The notes under the pieces are model-generated. The model saw only the letters and a list, made by a program, of their open reading frames with translations, had not been told where the DNA came from and did not search any database. DNA of 64,000 nt, taken from positions 96,001 through 160,000 of the forward strand of contig CBDBIB010000001.1 in the NCBI GenBank assembly GCA_965205945.1. Reading direction: 5' to 3'. The translations under genes and the position numbers were made by a program. This document shows, in pieces, positions 1 through 10,677 of the stretch; the stretch's first letter is position 1; each line of letters starts with the position of its first letter. This DNA comes from Bdellovibrionales bacterium. GTDB taxonomy: Bacteria > Bdellovibrionota > Bdellovibrionia > Bdellovibrionales > UBA1609.

Positions 1-287
1 AGCGGACACATAAATGTAATCACTTCAATTAAAGACACTCTTTTACTAAGCAGGCTCTTTAAACGAGAAACTGAGTACTCTCTTTCATATAAAGCTCTCC
101 AGTCAGACCTATGTAAGTAAGTTGAACTTTTAAGTTCCTTTTTAACTAAGTCTGAAAATTCATATTTATAAAAATAAAATCTTTCTCTTAATAAAGCACT
201 TAAAACTAAAGCTATTACAAATAAAACCCAAAGAACATCTCCTCCAGATTCCATAAGCGTTGTAAAAGGTTCAATAATTTTAAACAT
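1..287 (-). CDS. exbB: MotA/TolQ/ExbB proton channel protein (3' end runs off the window)
   Basis: Manual translation from ATG at 287 (SD AAGGA): MFKIIEPFTTLMESGGDVLWVLFVIALV...ERF...LIEVITFMCP, which leads into the ExbB PLLGLLGTV motif; lies directly after the TtpC-like gene. Confidence 0.8.
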   Translation of the reverse strand, partial: MFKIIEPFTTLMESGGDVLWVLFVIALVLSALLRERFYFYKYEFSDLVKKELKSSTYLHRSDWRALYEREYSVSRLKSLLSKRVSLIEVITFMCP

Positions 288-293
288 TATTCC

Positions 294-1640
294 TTAATCT
301 TTTAAAATATTTTTAGATAATAAACCAATACTCTGCTCTTCTAAAATTACAAGTATTCCTTCTGCTTTATTATTTAAAAAGTTATGAACTAGGAGCAAAG
401 GTATTGCACAAATAAGACCAAGTACTGTGGTGATTAAAGCCTGAGATATGCCGCCAGCCATAATTGCAGGATTACCAGTTCCAAAAAGAGTAATAGACTG
501 AAAAGTTGCAATCATACCAGTAACTGTTCCAAGCAAACCCATTAAAGGAGCAATTGCTGCAAAAAGTTTAATAGTTCCAAGTCTTTTTTCAAAAGGAGCA
601 GAGTTTTTAATAAGCTGCTCTTCAAGCTTTAGCTCAACAGTACCCTTGTCTAAATTACTATATCCATTAAATGATTTTAAAATTCGACCAAGAGCATTTT
701 CATCATTTAGAGTACTACTTTGCATTTGATCTTTAATTTTTGATTCTTCTTTTACCAGAAAAAAAAGTCTCTCAATGCAAAGCCCAAGCCCTATTAATAA
801 AACAATAAAAATACAATACCCAACAGCACCACCTTGTTGAAAACGTTCAAATAAAGTAGGAGCCTCAATCAATATATTAAGCAGAGCTCCTTTTGTTGGG
901 TCTATTGACACACTCTTAACAATTCCAGCTTGAGCAGTTTGAAGATCACCTAAACCACTCCTAAAGCGACTTGATGGTTGTCTTTGCAAATAGGATAATG
1001 ACCCTGTTTCTGGGGTGAATTTTAAAAACCTATTGTCTTTAGCAATATTAAAAGAACCTATTCTAAGAACTTTTTCTTGTTTTGTCTTACCATCATTGCC
1101 AATAACATTAGTTTTATAAGATACGACTTTTCCAGACTCTGTCATTTCTCGAATCAATTCATACCAAAGTTTTTCTAAGGCTGCTGCTGAAGGAAGAGCT
1201 TTCTTATCTGTTAAAGAGTTTAAAAATTCAGCCCTACCCTTAAACTGAGTGGAAACTACCGAGTTTTCTACAATTCCTCTAAAATCTCCTGAAACCTGTC
1301 TAACTACACCAAAAACTTCACCTAAGGTTCCAACAGCAATATTTAACTCTTCTTCTAAAATCGCTAATTGTTTCTCATTATTATCAAATATAACAGCTAA
1401 CCTTTTACCTTCAGCTTCTAAAGTAGCAAGTTTAGATTTGGCTTTACCTAAAAGAGCAGCTTGGCCGTCTCTTTTTGATCTAAACTTAATTTCTCTTTGT
1501 TTCCATATAACCGAATTTTGTTGAGCTTCACCTTGAACAGATTTAAGAAGCTCATCAAGATTTTTAAGGGTTTTAGCAGAATAAGATACTGATGATAATA
1601 CAGTTAAAGATGACAAAACTACTAATGATAATAACTTCAT
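294..1640 (-). CDS. TtpC-like MotA/TolQ/ExbB family protein with long periplasmic N-terminus
   Basis: Signal peptide, coiled coil, C-terminal APLMGLLGTVTGMI...GISQALITT ExbB motifs. Confidence 0.9.
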   Translation of the reverse strand: MKLLSLVVLSSLTVLSSVSYSAKTLKNLDELLKSVQGEAQQNSVIWKQREIKFRSKRDGQAALLGKAKSKLATLEAEGKRLAVIFDNNEKQLAILEEELNIAVGTLGEVFGVVRQVSGDFRGIVENSVVSTQFKGRAEFLNSLTDKKALPSAAALEKLWYELIREMTESGKVVSYKTNVIGNDGKTKQEKVLRIGSFNIAKDNRFLKFTPETGSLSYLQRQPSSRFRSGLGDLQTAQAGIVKSVSIDPTKGALLNILIEAPTLFERFQQGGAVGYCIFIVLLIGLGLCIERLFFLVKEESKIKDQMQSSTLNDENALGRILKSFNGYSNLDKGTVELKLEEQLIKNSAPFEKRLGTIKLFAAIAPLMGLLGTVTGMIATFQSITLFGTGNPAIMAGGISQALITTVLGLICAIPLLLVHNFLNNKAEGILVILEEQSIGLLSKNILKD

Positions 1641-1643
1641 AAG

Positions 1644-2414
1644 TTACCCTTCTATAGCTGACTTAACAACTGGAACTGTTAATAAGGTTGGCGCTTTTTG
1701 TTTCTTAGCAATTTTAAGTCCATCTTTTAATGCGCTCTTATAAGTTCTTTCTAAATTTACAAACTTTTTATTAACTTTATCCCAACGACCAAAAGACTTC
1801 CCATCAAACCCTCTGTACATAAGAGAAAGCCTTCCAACTCTTAAAAACTCAACAGAAAGCTCATCTCCTAAAGGAGACCTCACTTTACCATTGTACGCTT
1901 CAATAGTACGACCATACTCATTCTCAATTTGATAAGCCTCAAGAACTCTTCTAAACTTTTCAGATGTTGAAACATCTGCTCTGATCATAAGCGCATCTAA
2001 ATCAGCTATTCTCTTTGCTCTTTCCTCCTTTAAAAACGGCACATCAAGCTTTATAAAAGTTTTAATAGAATCTAACATCTTAGTAACAAGAGGAAGAACT
2101 TCTTTTTTAAGATTAGATACATTTTTCATTTTTTCTTTAATTAAAGCCATCTCTTTAATTTGAGACTCTATAAGACCTCTCATTTGCTGATTATAAACTT
2201 TCATATTTTCAATCTGCTTTAAAGTCGCTTTATATTCTCTTAAATCAAAGTCTATCTTATCAGCATAAATATTGATTTTCTTCTGAGAAACTCGCTCAGC
2301 CTCATCACTTTGAGTTTGAATATTTATTGCTTTCTTTAAAATTTCTTTAGATTGTTGAGCATTTGCGGCTAAAGCCCCTAAAGAAAATATTATTAAAATT
2401 ATATGTTTTTTCAT
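1644..2414 (-). CDS. DUF3450 family (TtpB-like) periplasmic protein
   Basis: EKFRRVLEAYQIENEYGRTIEAY and FLRVGRL motifs; located between TBDR and TtpC-like gene. Confidence 0.85.
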   Translation of the reverse strand: MKKHIILIIFSLGALAANAQQSKEILKKAINIQTQSDEAERVSQKKINIYADKIDFDLREYKATLKQIENMKVYNQQMRGLIESQIKEMALIKEKMKNVSNLKKEVLPLVTKMLDSIKTFIKLDVPFLKEERAKRIADLDALMIRADVSTSEKFRRVLEAYQIENEYGRTIEAYNGKVRSPLGDELSVEFLRVGRLSLMYRGFDGKSFGRWDKVNKKFVNLERTYKSALKDGLKIAKKQKAPTLLTVPVVKSAIEG

Positions 2415-2431
2415 TTTATATTTCCTAACAA

Positions 2432-5059
2432 TCAGAATGAGTGCCTATAATTTACGAAGGCATATCTTCCCCAATCATTGTAAATACTTGAATTTAACCC
2501 TGTATGTTTATCATAGGGAGGCGTGTTTCCAAAAATATTTTTTATACCAATTTTAAATTCACCTTTTTTTCTAATCTTAAAAAAATATGTCACATTATGC
2601 TCAACATATGTTTTAACTCTGTTATATCTATTTGCCGTTTTTTGACCTGCTATAATGCTATGATCAAGTTTTATCATATGACCTCTAACTGGCATATATG
2701 AGATACTAATATTATTTCTCCATTTAGGAAATCCATAATCATCTAAGTAATCTACTGTTGGCAAGCCTTTAAATAAACCTTGTATATATTTAAAAGCTTG
2801 AGAGTGCTCATCAGAAACTCTAAAATTACCAATTTTAGTTGAAAAAGCATAGGCAACTTCTAAATCAACACCAGCTTGTTTTCTTGTTGATAAATTTTGA
2901 GTTGGCACTGTTAAGCCCTTACCCCCACTCCTAATAAACCCCTTCTCATCTCGTTCAATTATAATACCACGCTCACTTAACAAAGCTTTTTTTCCAGCAA
3001 GCTCTGCTTGAGTAATCAGCTCCAAATCAGCTCCAATTACATTAGAAATGTCAGCATACCAACCATCTACCACAAAAGATAATCCTCTAATAGGCTCATA
3101 AACAGCACCTAAATTATATGTAATCGCTTCCTCAGCCTTAAGATTTTCAGGGGCTTCATAAACAGTAAACCATTGTTGAGGTGAACAGTTTCTGTTACTT
3201 TCACTACGCCCGGTATTCTCACATGCTTTTTGATCAATAAAAAAAGGAAAACCACTACTTCCTTTAGCATAAAGCTCCTGCATTAACGGAGCTTTATAAC
3301 CTTTAGCAACAGAACTCCTTATAATTAAGTTATCCAGAATTGAGTACTTAATAGCTGCTTGTGGACTAAATGCAGTTCCATAATCACTAAACCAGTCAAA
3401 CCTTGCTGCTACTTGGAGTTCTAATTGCTTCATAAGTGGAGCAACAACCTCTAAATAAACAGAGCCAATGTCTCTATTGCCTCCACCATTTATTCCAGCT
3501 CCACCAACAATGTTTTTAGCAGTTGTTTCAGGATCAGCCTCTGTTGCGTAGTAAAAATGGTTATATTGAGTTCCTAAAGCCATACTTATAGGAAGTCTGT
3601 TCCAAGGAAGCTCCATTAATTCACCAGATACATTTAAATCCGTTGAGTATGTAACTGATTTTGTTTTTTGGTAAGGAGCAAATGGCGCATCTCCTAACTC
3701 GGCAATTGAATGATTTGGATTATAAGGATTAAATTTACCTGATGAAAAAACAGCATTTAAAGCATCTTTTTTAAAATACCCAGTTGGTGATGAATCTTTT
3801 GTATAAGTAACGCCATAACCTACGCTTGCATTAAAAACCCAAGTTTCTCTAAACTCTCTTTCTAATTTAGCCATAGCATTGTACGCGTTACTTTTTAAAT
3901 CGTTTACCCTGTTGCCACCTGGAACAATTCTATAGGCAAAACTCACCGGATCTGGCATTGTATTTAATTCTTCTTGAGTAAAAGCTCCCCACCCCTGAAC
4001 AGCTGATTTTGCTACAGAAAGATCCCCCCCTGGGGTTGGTGCATATATCCATTGAGTATTTTGCTGAGAAAACATAGTAACAATATCTAGATTTGTTCTA
4101 GAGTTAAATTTTTTATTGTAATTAAGATATGTGGAATACTGTTGAATTTCAGGTATATTTGATGCCTTATTTGCATAGGCATAACGACAAAATTCATTGC
4201 CATCACCATCATCTTTTACGTAAAAATACTGTGAAGGATCCGCCTTACACGCTGCCACATCAGCAATCCTAAGTCTAGAGTTTCCATCAATATTTGTATA
4301 CGTTGGTATAGGGCCTATTTTGCTAAATCCGATATTTCCATCGCTTGCAGCTTTAGACCATTCCCTGTCTTTAGACATAATAAATTTATTATTTCTATAT
4401 TGAAAAGCCGCTGTTATAGATCCATCTTTAAATTGCTTTCCACCTATAACAGAAAAGTCTATTCTTTCTCCGCCTTCCTCCTCAGGAACAACCAATTGCA
4501 TAGAGGCCTCTGCTCCTGTAAAATCTCTGCGTGTGTGAAGGTTAATAACTCCGCCTAAAGCATCTGATCCATAAATAGCAGAGGCTCCACTTTTTAAAAT
4601 AGAAGAAGATTCAATGGCGATTTGTGGTATCAAATTTAAATCTACCGCTCCACTTATACCATTTGGTTGAAGTCTGACATTATTTAACAAAACAAGCGTA
4701 TTAGTTGATCCAATGCCTCTTATATTAATATTAGATGACCCTGCAGTTGCTACTCCTGAAGTTTCTCGCTTTGCTCCAAAAGCGCTTACTGTTAAATCCC
4801 TAAAGTAATCACCAACAGAATTATACGGGGAATTCTCAATGTCTTGCCTGTTTATGATTTTAACAGGAGTTGGCCCTTCAAAATCTGTTCGTTTAATTCT
4901 TGATCCGGTGACCTGAACTTTTTCAAATTTCTTTTTTACTAAAGTCTCTTCTTGAACTGTTTCTACAGCTTCTTCTTGCGCATAAGTATTAAAAAGAGCC
5001 AATATCGACACTAAAAACAAAATATTAAATTTTGTAAGGCTATTCATTAATCTAGTCAT
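2432..5059 (-). CDS. TonB-dependent outer membrane receptor
   Basis: VQVTGSRIKR start of plug, GASAIYGSDALGGVIN motif, C-terminal YRHSF beta-signal. Confidence 0.95.
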   Translation of the reverse strand: MTRLMNSLTKFNILFLVSILALFNTYAQEEAVETVQEETLVKKKFEKVQVTGSRIKRTDFEGPTPVKIINRQDIENSPYNSVGDYFRDLTVSAFGAKRETSGVATAGSSNINIRGIGSTNTLVLLNNVRLQPNGISGAVDLNLIPQIAIESSSILKSGASAIYGSDALGGVINLHTRRDFTGAEASMQLVVPEEEGGERIDFSVIGGKQFKDGSITAAFQYRNNKFIMSKDREWSKAASDGNIGFSKIGPIPTYTNIDGNSRLRIADVAACKADPSQYFYVKDDGDGNEFCRYAYANKASNIPEIQQYSTYLNYNKKFNSRTNLDIVTMFSQQNTQWIYAPTPGGDLSVAKSAVQGWGAFTQEELNTMPDPVSFAYRIVPGGNRVNDLKSNAYNAMAKLEREFRETWVFNASVGYGVTYTKDSSPTGYFKKDALNAVFSSGKFNPYNPNHSIAELGDAPFAPYQKTKSVTYSTDLNVSGELMELPWNRLPISMALGTQYNHFYYATEADPETTAKNIVGGAGINGGGNRDIGSVYLEVVAPLMKQLELQVAARFDWFSDYGTAFSPQAAIKYSILDNLIIRSSVAKGYKAPLMQELYAKGSSGFPFFIDQKACENTGRSESNRNCSPQQWFTVYEAPENLKAEEAITYNLGAVYEPIRGLSFVVDGWYADISNVIGADLELITQAELAGKKALLSERGIIIERDEKGFIRSGGKGLTVPTQNLSTRKQAGVDLEVAYAFSTKIGNFRVSDEHSQAFKYIQGLFKGLPTVDYLDDYGFPKWRNNISISYMPVRGHMIKLDHSIIAGQKTANRYNRVKTYVEHNVTYFFKIRKKGEFKIGIKNIFGNTPPYDKHTGLNSSIYNDWGRYAFVNYRHSF

Positions 5060-5425
5060 AAATGTCTCCCATTTTCTTTATAAAATAAAGAAGGCCTTAA
5101 TATGTTAGAAAATCGTTAAAAAATAAATTTGTTACGCAGCTCGACTTTAATAAGTTTTTGCAATTATTAAATATTTTTATTTTTTTTCACAAAGTTTTAA
5201 TATCTTCTTCTTATTATATAGGCATTACTTTGTTATCTTTTAACTTAATTTATAAAATATTTTTAAAAGGCTCACTACCTTTTACGCTTTTTTTCACCTA
5301 AATAAACTTAATAAGACTTAGGAGCACTCAACTTTAAATAAAGTTATTTTTCCAATCTCCCTAGGGACGGCTTATTACTAAATAATTTTATCTTTTTAAG
5401 GTAATTTTTTATGAATTGAAACGAG

Positions 5426-5455
5426 AAAAAACCCTCATCAACGATAAGAGTTTTT
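5426..5455 (-). terminator. Intrinsic terminator after S8 peptidase
   Basis: Minus-strand hairpin AAAAACTCTTATC-GTT-GATGAGGG followed by a T-run. Confidence 0.65.
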
Positions 5456-5478
5456 ATTTAGGCTTTAAAAATTAGGTA

Positions 5479-7083
5479 TCAGTCTTGAAGCGCCTCTTTA
5501 ACAGCCTTAAAAGCGTTTACAATACCTTTACCATACTTATTGTCTAAATCACCGTCTACTTGCACCTTAATAACTGAAGACTTAATAATCTTCTTTACCT
5601 GCACTGCTGTAAGCTTTGGGTTTGTAGATCTTATCAAAGCAGCCACGCCTGAAACATGAGGAGCCGCCATAGATGTTCCAGAAAAATAACTATAATCTGA
5701 AGCACTGACTTCAACACTTAAAGTCACAACTGCTTCTTTAGAATTATCCTCGTTGCCCTTTAAAACTTCAACAATCCTTTCGCCTATAGATTTTTTAATC
5801 CCAACAGCAATTATATCCAAATCATTTTCTAAGGTTCCTTTTAATTCACCATCAACATTATTAAATATAACCACAGCTGATGCATTTGCCTCCAACGCGG
5901 CTTGTGCCTTATTTGCAAACGAAATCTCACCTCTAGAAATCAAGGCAATCTTTCCGGTTAAATCAACATCTTTAAAATCCTCAGATTTTCCAAATCCAAC
6001 ATACTCAACAGGCAACCCTTGTACAACACCAACGCTAGATCCTTCCATTGAAGAAGAGTCTGTAACTACCAAATCACTATCAATAGTAACACCTATAGTC
6101 GACTCCCTCCCTGTTCCTTGTGGCAGTGAGGATAAAACATTTGCACCTGGAGCAACTACATCTAAATCAACGCCCCAGTTAGAAAAATCAGCAACATCTC
6201 TTTCTTCATTAATAGCTCCTACTGAGAGTACATGTGGGTACCTTGCTGGATATGAAATTTCATTCCTTCCATTATTTCCAGATGCTGCAACAACAACAAC
6301 ATTTGCTTCTTCAGCTTTTTCATACATCTTTGCCCCTATAGCATTACCAAATGAACCACCTAAAGAAATATTTACGACGTCCATACCTTCGCCAATGGCC
6401 CAATCAATTCCTGCTATTATAGCAGTCCCTTCACAATACTCATTAGTACAAACCTTTCCCGAGTATAGTGAGGCTTGAGGTGCAACACCTACAACGCCTG
6501 TTCCAAAGCCATCAGCTAAAATAGTTCCAGCAACATGAGTTCCATGACCAGAATCATCAAAATATGGGTATGGAAACTCCAAATCTATGAAATTTGAAAT
6601 AAGATTTCTACCCTCAACAAATCTTGAAGCTATATTTGGATGATCTTTATCAATGCCCGAATCTAGAACAAGAACTTTAACACCTTGACCACCTCTAGAA
6701 TGTGGCCATGCAGCGGGAGCATCTAATTCTAAAATCCCCCAAGGGTAATCTACTAATTTTTTATCAAAAGAATCTTTAACAACCTCAGGTAAAAAATAAT
6801 TTCTTTGTGGAGCCCTAAACCTGTTAACACTTTCAACAAATTTAATATTTAAATCAGCTTTAAGCTTAAGTAAATCACTCTTTGAATTTACATCTACAAC
6901 CATAAGTTCTAAATTTTTAAAAACTCTTACAGGAACAGTACTCACTCCCATGAAACTCATTTCTGCTGTGGCCTGTTTAAACGCACCGGGTTTAAAACCT
7001 ACAACATACTCTTTAGCAAAAGCTAAAGGGCTTACTATTGTTAAAATAAATGAAGTTATTACAATCCTCTTGATTAAAATCAC
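5479..7083 (-). CDS. Secreted S8 subtilisin-like serine peptidase with PA domain insert
   Basis: Catalytic LDSG, HGTHVAG, GTSMAAP; PA motif ALISRGEISFANKA; signal peptide. Confidence 0.95.
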   Translation of the reverse strand: MILIKRIVITSFILTIVSPLAFAKEYVVGFKPGAFKQATAEMSFMGVSTVPVRVFKNLELMVVDVNSKSDLLKLKADLNIKFVESVNRFRAPQRNYFLPEVVKDSFDKKLVDYPWGILELDAPAAWPHSRGGQGVKVLVLDSGIDKDHPNIASRFVEGRNLISNFIDLEFPYPYFDDSGHGTHVAGTILADGFGTGVVGVAPQASLYSGKVCTNEYCEGTAIIAGIDWAIGEGMDVVNISLGGSFGNAIGAKMYEKAEEANVVVVAASGNNGRNEISYPARYPHVLSVGAINEERDVADFSNWGVDLDVVAPGANVLSSLPQGTGRESTIGVTIDSDLVVTDSSSMEGSSVGVVQGLPVEYVGFGKSEDFKDVDLTGKIALISRGEISFANKAQAALEANASAVVIFNNVDGELKGTLENDLDIIAVGIKKSIGERIVEVLKGNEDNSKEAVVTLSVEVSASDYSYFSGTSMAAPHVSGVAALIRSTNPKLTAVQVKKIIKSSVIKVQVDGDLDNKYGKGIVNAFKAVKEALQD

Positions 7084-7810
7084 TGTGTCCCTCCCTAGTT
7101 AGAACTATGAGAAATTCTACATAAAGACTATTTTTTTTTTCAAGAAGGCTTTATTAATAAATGTCATTAGTATTTCTTATATCCAGTAGTTAAGCTCTAA
7201 ACCTCTTACCTCTATTAACTTTTAGCCTATAAAAATCTAGGGAAATACAATTGTGCATAGCGTTTAAACCTTATTTAAAGCTGCTATTTAATTCAGTATA
7301 AAAAATATTTTTATACAATCTAATTTTAATTTAACTTGGCGTTGTAGCACATAGAGTCTCCTAAACTGGTGGTCTAATTCCATAAATGTATAGTCTAACA
7401 GAGGTAAATTGTAACTAAAAAGTTCTATTAAACTTTGTAAAAATCCTTAAAATGCCGCAAAAAAACTGTTTGAAAAAACCTGCCCATAAAGACTACTTTG
7501 ATAGTATTATGTTAATAGATTTTTAAAAATTCTAGGCAAAGCTATTATGTAGACCACCTATGTTTTAGACCTTTTAGAAGCCAAAATATTATAGAACCAC
7601 GCCCTATGAGTTTTTTTATTATACTTTTTTAGTTAATCTTTTTTAATTTCCTCCCACTTTAACCTTCCTTAATATGTTTTTTCAAATTTATTTTAAAATG
7701 GGTGATTAGTTTTAATCTTTGATCTAGAGTGAGCAGCCATATACAGCAACACCCAAAAAAAAATAGATTTTATCTAAAAAAAACTTTTAAAAAACTAAAT
7801 AGGAGTATTC

Positions 7811-8137
7811 ATGCCAAATAATAAACTAGTATGGAGTGATGAAGAGGGTGATCTTCGAAAAAAGGAAAAAACTAAATCATCGAGTTTGGTAAATGAAAAA
7901 GACATACATTTGGCTTTAAGAAGATTAACGTACAAAAAAGGAAGAACTGTTATTGAGCTTTCAAATTTACCTAACAATAAGGATTGGTGCCTAGAGTTAG
8001 CCAAAACACTTAAAAAATCCTTAGGAGTAGGTGGAACATATAAAAACAATTCTATTCAAATCCATGGGGAAAAAATAGAGTTAGTAATAAATTTTTTAAA
8101 CAAAAAGAATATTAAATGGAAAAAAACTGGTGGTTAA
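7811..8137 (+). CDS. yciH: SUI1/YciH translation initiation factor family protein
   Basis: LAKTLKKSLGVGGT..IQIHGE..KKTGG signature; SD AGGAG. Confidence 0.9.
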   Translation: MPNNKLVWSDEEGDLRKKEKTKSSSLVNEKDIHLALRRLTYKKGRTVIELSNLPNNKDWCLELAKTLKKSLGVGGTYKNNSIQIHGEKIELVINFLNKKNIKWKKTGG

Positions 8138-8150
8138 ATAGCTTTAAATA

Positions 8151-8414
8151 GAGTCTGTAAATTAGATTATGTAGCTGCGATTTAATTTACAGGCTCATCT
8201 TTAAATATAATTTTAAACACATACACTTAAAAAAACGCTTTGTAAGAATAATACACCTTATAAAACATTAACTAAAAGGCAGGAGGGTTTTAAAAAAAAT
8301 AAACTTTAACTAGCAGACAGCTAAAAGCTAACTTCTAACTTTTTTTAGAAAAGGCTAGTGAACTAAAAGCGGCTAACACCTGAATAACATTTTTACAAAA
8401 TAATTTACAGACTC
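8151..8414. mobile_element. IS256-type terminal inverted repeat remnants (MITE-like)
   Basis: GAGTCTGTAAATTA at 8151, inverted copies TAATTTACAGGCTC ending 8196 and AAAATAATTTACAGACTC ending 8414; same end sequence recurs at 26152-26179. Confidence 0.65.
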
Positions 8415-8436
8415 TTAATGATCACTGTATAAAAAG

Positions 8437-9912
8437 TTAATAAAACTTCTTTCTTTTACTAGAAGGAAGGATTCCTAAAATATCCCTATATTTTGCAACA
8501 GTTCTTCGTGCAATATTAACCCCATCAGCACTTAAAATATCCACAAGCTTTTGATCTGACAAAGGCTTTTTCATATCTTCTCCTGCTACAAGCTTCTTAA
8601 TTTTCATTTTAACAGATTCACTTGCTAAAGAATCTCCGCCTTTAGTTGCAATACTTGAATTAAAAAAGTACTTAAGCTCAAAAATACCTCTTGGAGTATA
8701 CACAAACTTATTTGTCGTCACTCTACTTACTGTTGATTCATGCATTTCAATATCAGATGCTACATCTTTTAAAATCATAGGTTTAATATGCTCAGGACCT
8801 TTTTCAAAAAACTCAACTTGATGCTTAACAATACTTTCAGTCACTTTAAAGATTGTTTTCTGCCTTTGATGAATAGACTTAATCAACCACATAGCTGTCT
8901 TTAGCTTTGCATCTAAATATTCTGCAGCCTCTTTATCCTTAGGTGTTTTTGATTTTTTAAAAGTACTTTCAGCTGTAGATTTTTTATGTGCAAGCCCCCT
9001 ATAAAATTGTGAAATCTGTAATTTCGGAAGACCTTCTTCATTTAAACTTACTACATACTCATCACCAATTTTTTTTATATAAACATCTGGTGTTATATAC
9101 TGTGTATCCGCGCTGGTCATAAAGGCTCTTCCTGGCTTTGGATCAAGGCCTAAAATAATATTTGCAAGTTCTTGTACCTCTTCTATTCCAATGTCATTTT
9201 TTAAAGCCATATTAGTCTTTTCAACAATACGCTTGTAATTTTTATTCTGAAGCTCATCTAAATGATGCTCAATCATATATGTTAAATCATGAGTGTCTTC
9301 ACCTATATTTTTTGCCTGAATCAAAAGGCACTCTTTTAAGTTTCTTGAACCTACACCTGCAGGGTCAAACTCATGTATAAACTGCAAGGACTCTTCTAGC
9401 TCCTCTTTATCTATTTCTGAATCTTTAGCAATATCTTCTAAAGAGTGGGCTAGATAACCATTATCATCAATATAGGAAATTAAAATTAAAATCTGCTCTA
9501 GTTCCTCGTCATTAAAACCTGACATATTCGCCTGCCAAACCAAATGATCTTTAAGATCTGCTTCTCTTGAGATAAAATTATCATAGTTAACTGCTTCTAG
9601 CTGGCTACTTTGTGATTTAGGAGCTGATTGATCTGCATAATTATCCCACTCAAACTCATCTTGCTTAGTAGGGTCCTGATCTTTTACATTGTCAGAATCC
9701 TTGTTTCCAGTGTTCATCTTAAGCTCTTCACCTGGATCACCCTCTGCTGTATCAATCATCTCTTCTAACAAAGGGTTTTCATTAAGCTCTTTTCTTATTG
9801 CTGTTTCTAACTCAAGTTTTGAGAGTTGAAGCATTTTAATTGCTTGCTGGAGTTGAGGAGTCATTCGAAGCTGTTGTGACAGCTTCATGCTTTGCTTTAG
9901 ACTAAATCCCAC
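8437..9912 (-). CDS. rpoN: RNA polymerase sigma-54 factor
   Basis: MTPQLQQAIKMLQ region I, HESTVSRV, RpoN box ARRTVAKYR. Confidence 0.98.
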   Translation of the reverse strand: MGFSLKQSMKLSQQLRMTPQLQQAIKMLQLSKLELETAIRKELNENPLLEEMIDTAEGDPGEELKMNTGNKDSDNVKDQDPTKQDEFEWDNYADQSAPKSQSSQLEAVNYDNFISREADLKDHLVWQANMSGFNDEELEQILILISYIDDNGYLAHSLEDIAKDSEIDKEELEESLQFIHEFDPAGVGSRNLKECLLIQAKNIGEDTHDLTYMIEHHLDELQNKNYKRIVEKTNMALKNDIGIEEVQELANIILGLDPKPGRAFMTSADTQYITPDVYIKKIGDEYVVSLNEEGLPKLQISQFYRGLAHKKSTAESTFKKSKTPKDKEAAEYLDAKLKTAMWLIKSIHQRQKTIFKVTESIVKHQVEFFEKGPEHIKPMILKDVASDIEMHESTVSRVTTNKFVYTPRGIFELKYFFNSSIATKGGDSLASESVKMKIKKLVAGEDMKKPLSDQKLVDILSADGVNIARRTVAKYRDILGILPSSKRKKFY

Positions 9913-9930
9913 ACCCTTCTCCTTGCCTTG

Positions 9931-10677
9931 TTACATTCTAAAATCTTCACCCAAATAGTTTTCTCTTGCTCTTTGAGAGTTTAAAATCTCTTCAGGCGTC
10001 CCATCTAAGATAACCTTTCCAGAATCTAGTAAATAGGCTCTATCACATATCTTTAATGTTTCTCGGACGTTATGATCAGTTATTAAAATACCTAGACCTT
10101 TATTCTTTAAAAATAAAAGAATTTTCTGTATATCCTTTACTGCAATAGGATCAACCCCGGCAAAAGGCTCGTCTAAAAGTAAGAAATCTGGCCCTCCAGC
10201 CAGTGCTCGAGCAATCTCTACACGACGCTTCTCACCACCAGACAACGATTTTCCTAAGCTTTGAGTAATCTTTTCAATTCCAAACTCTTTATAAAGCTTA
10301 CTTGCTCTAGATTTCATTTCAATTTTCTTAATACCTGAAGCTTCTAAAGCAACAAGTATATTTTCTTCAACTGTCATTGTCTTAAAAATACTTACTTCCT
10401 GAGGAAGATAACTGATTCCAAGCCGTGCACGCTTAGACATACTTAAACGAGTGATATCTTCATTTTTATAAAAAACTTTACCACTATCAGCAGTAACCAA
10501 TCCTAACACCATGTAAAAACTTGTGGTCTTTCCTGCACCATTTGGCCCTAAAAGCCCTACAACCTCATTAGTTTTAATATTCATTGAAACAGACTTAACT
10601 ACAACTTTTCCCTTATAAGATTTTGATAGGCTTTGAACTCTAAGCTTTGCTATTTCTATATTTTCATTACTCATCAA
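9931..10677 (-). CDS. lptB: LPS export ABC transporter ATP-binding protein
   Basis: [35 protein letters not shown]; upstream of rpoN. Confidence 0.95.
   Translation of the reverse strand: MMSNENIEIAKLRVQSLSKSYKGKVVVKSVSMNIKTNEVVGLLGPNGAGKTTSFYMVLGLVTADSGKVFYKNEDITRLSMSKRARLGISYLPQEVSIFKTMTVEENILVALEASGIKKIEMKSRASKLYKEFGIEKITQSLGKSLSGGEKRRVEIARALAGGPDFLLLDEPFAGVDPIAVKDIQKILLFLKNKGLGILITDHNVRETLKICDRAYLLDSGKVILDGTPEEILNSQRARENYLGEDFRM

Noticed and set aside
5060..5425. Possible cobalamin riboswitch or Fur box upstream of the TonB-dependent receptor
   Set aside because: No B12-box, GGGAA core or GATAATGAT-type dyad recognised
5753..6478. 241-aa + strand ORF and other antisense track ORFs (1249, 2504, 7795, 11705, 12505, 13470, 20500, 23186, 24448, 29449, 29714, 31671, 32247, 33997, 38026, 41986, 43036, 45391, 50981, 54018, 54938, 61034) plus same-strand alternate frames (13327, 15818)
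   Set aside because: Shadow frames of better-supported genes
7490..7517. dif-like TTATGTTAA half-site
   Set aside because: The partner arm (AGACTACTTTG) does not resemble a XerC site, and there is no terminus-type skew change here
7368..7558. Inverted 9-mers GGTGGTCTA / TAGACCACC, reminiscent of IS ends
   Set aside because: Too short, and no transposase remnant recognised
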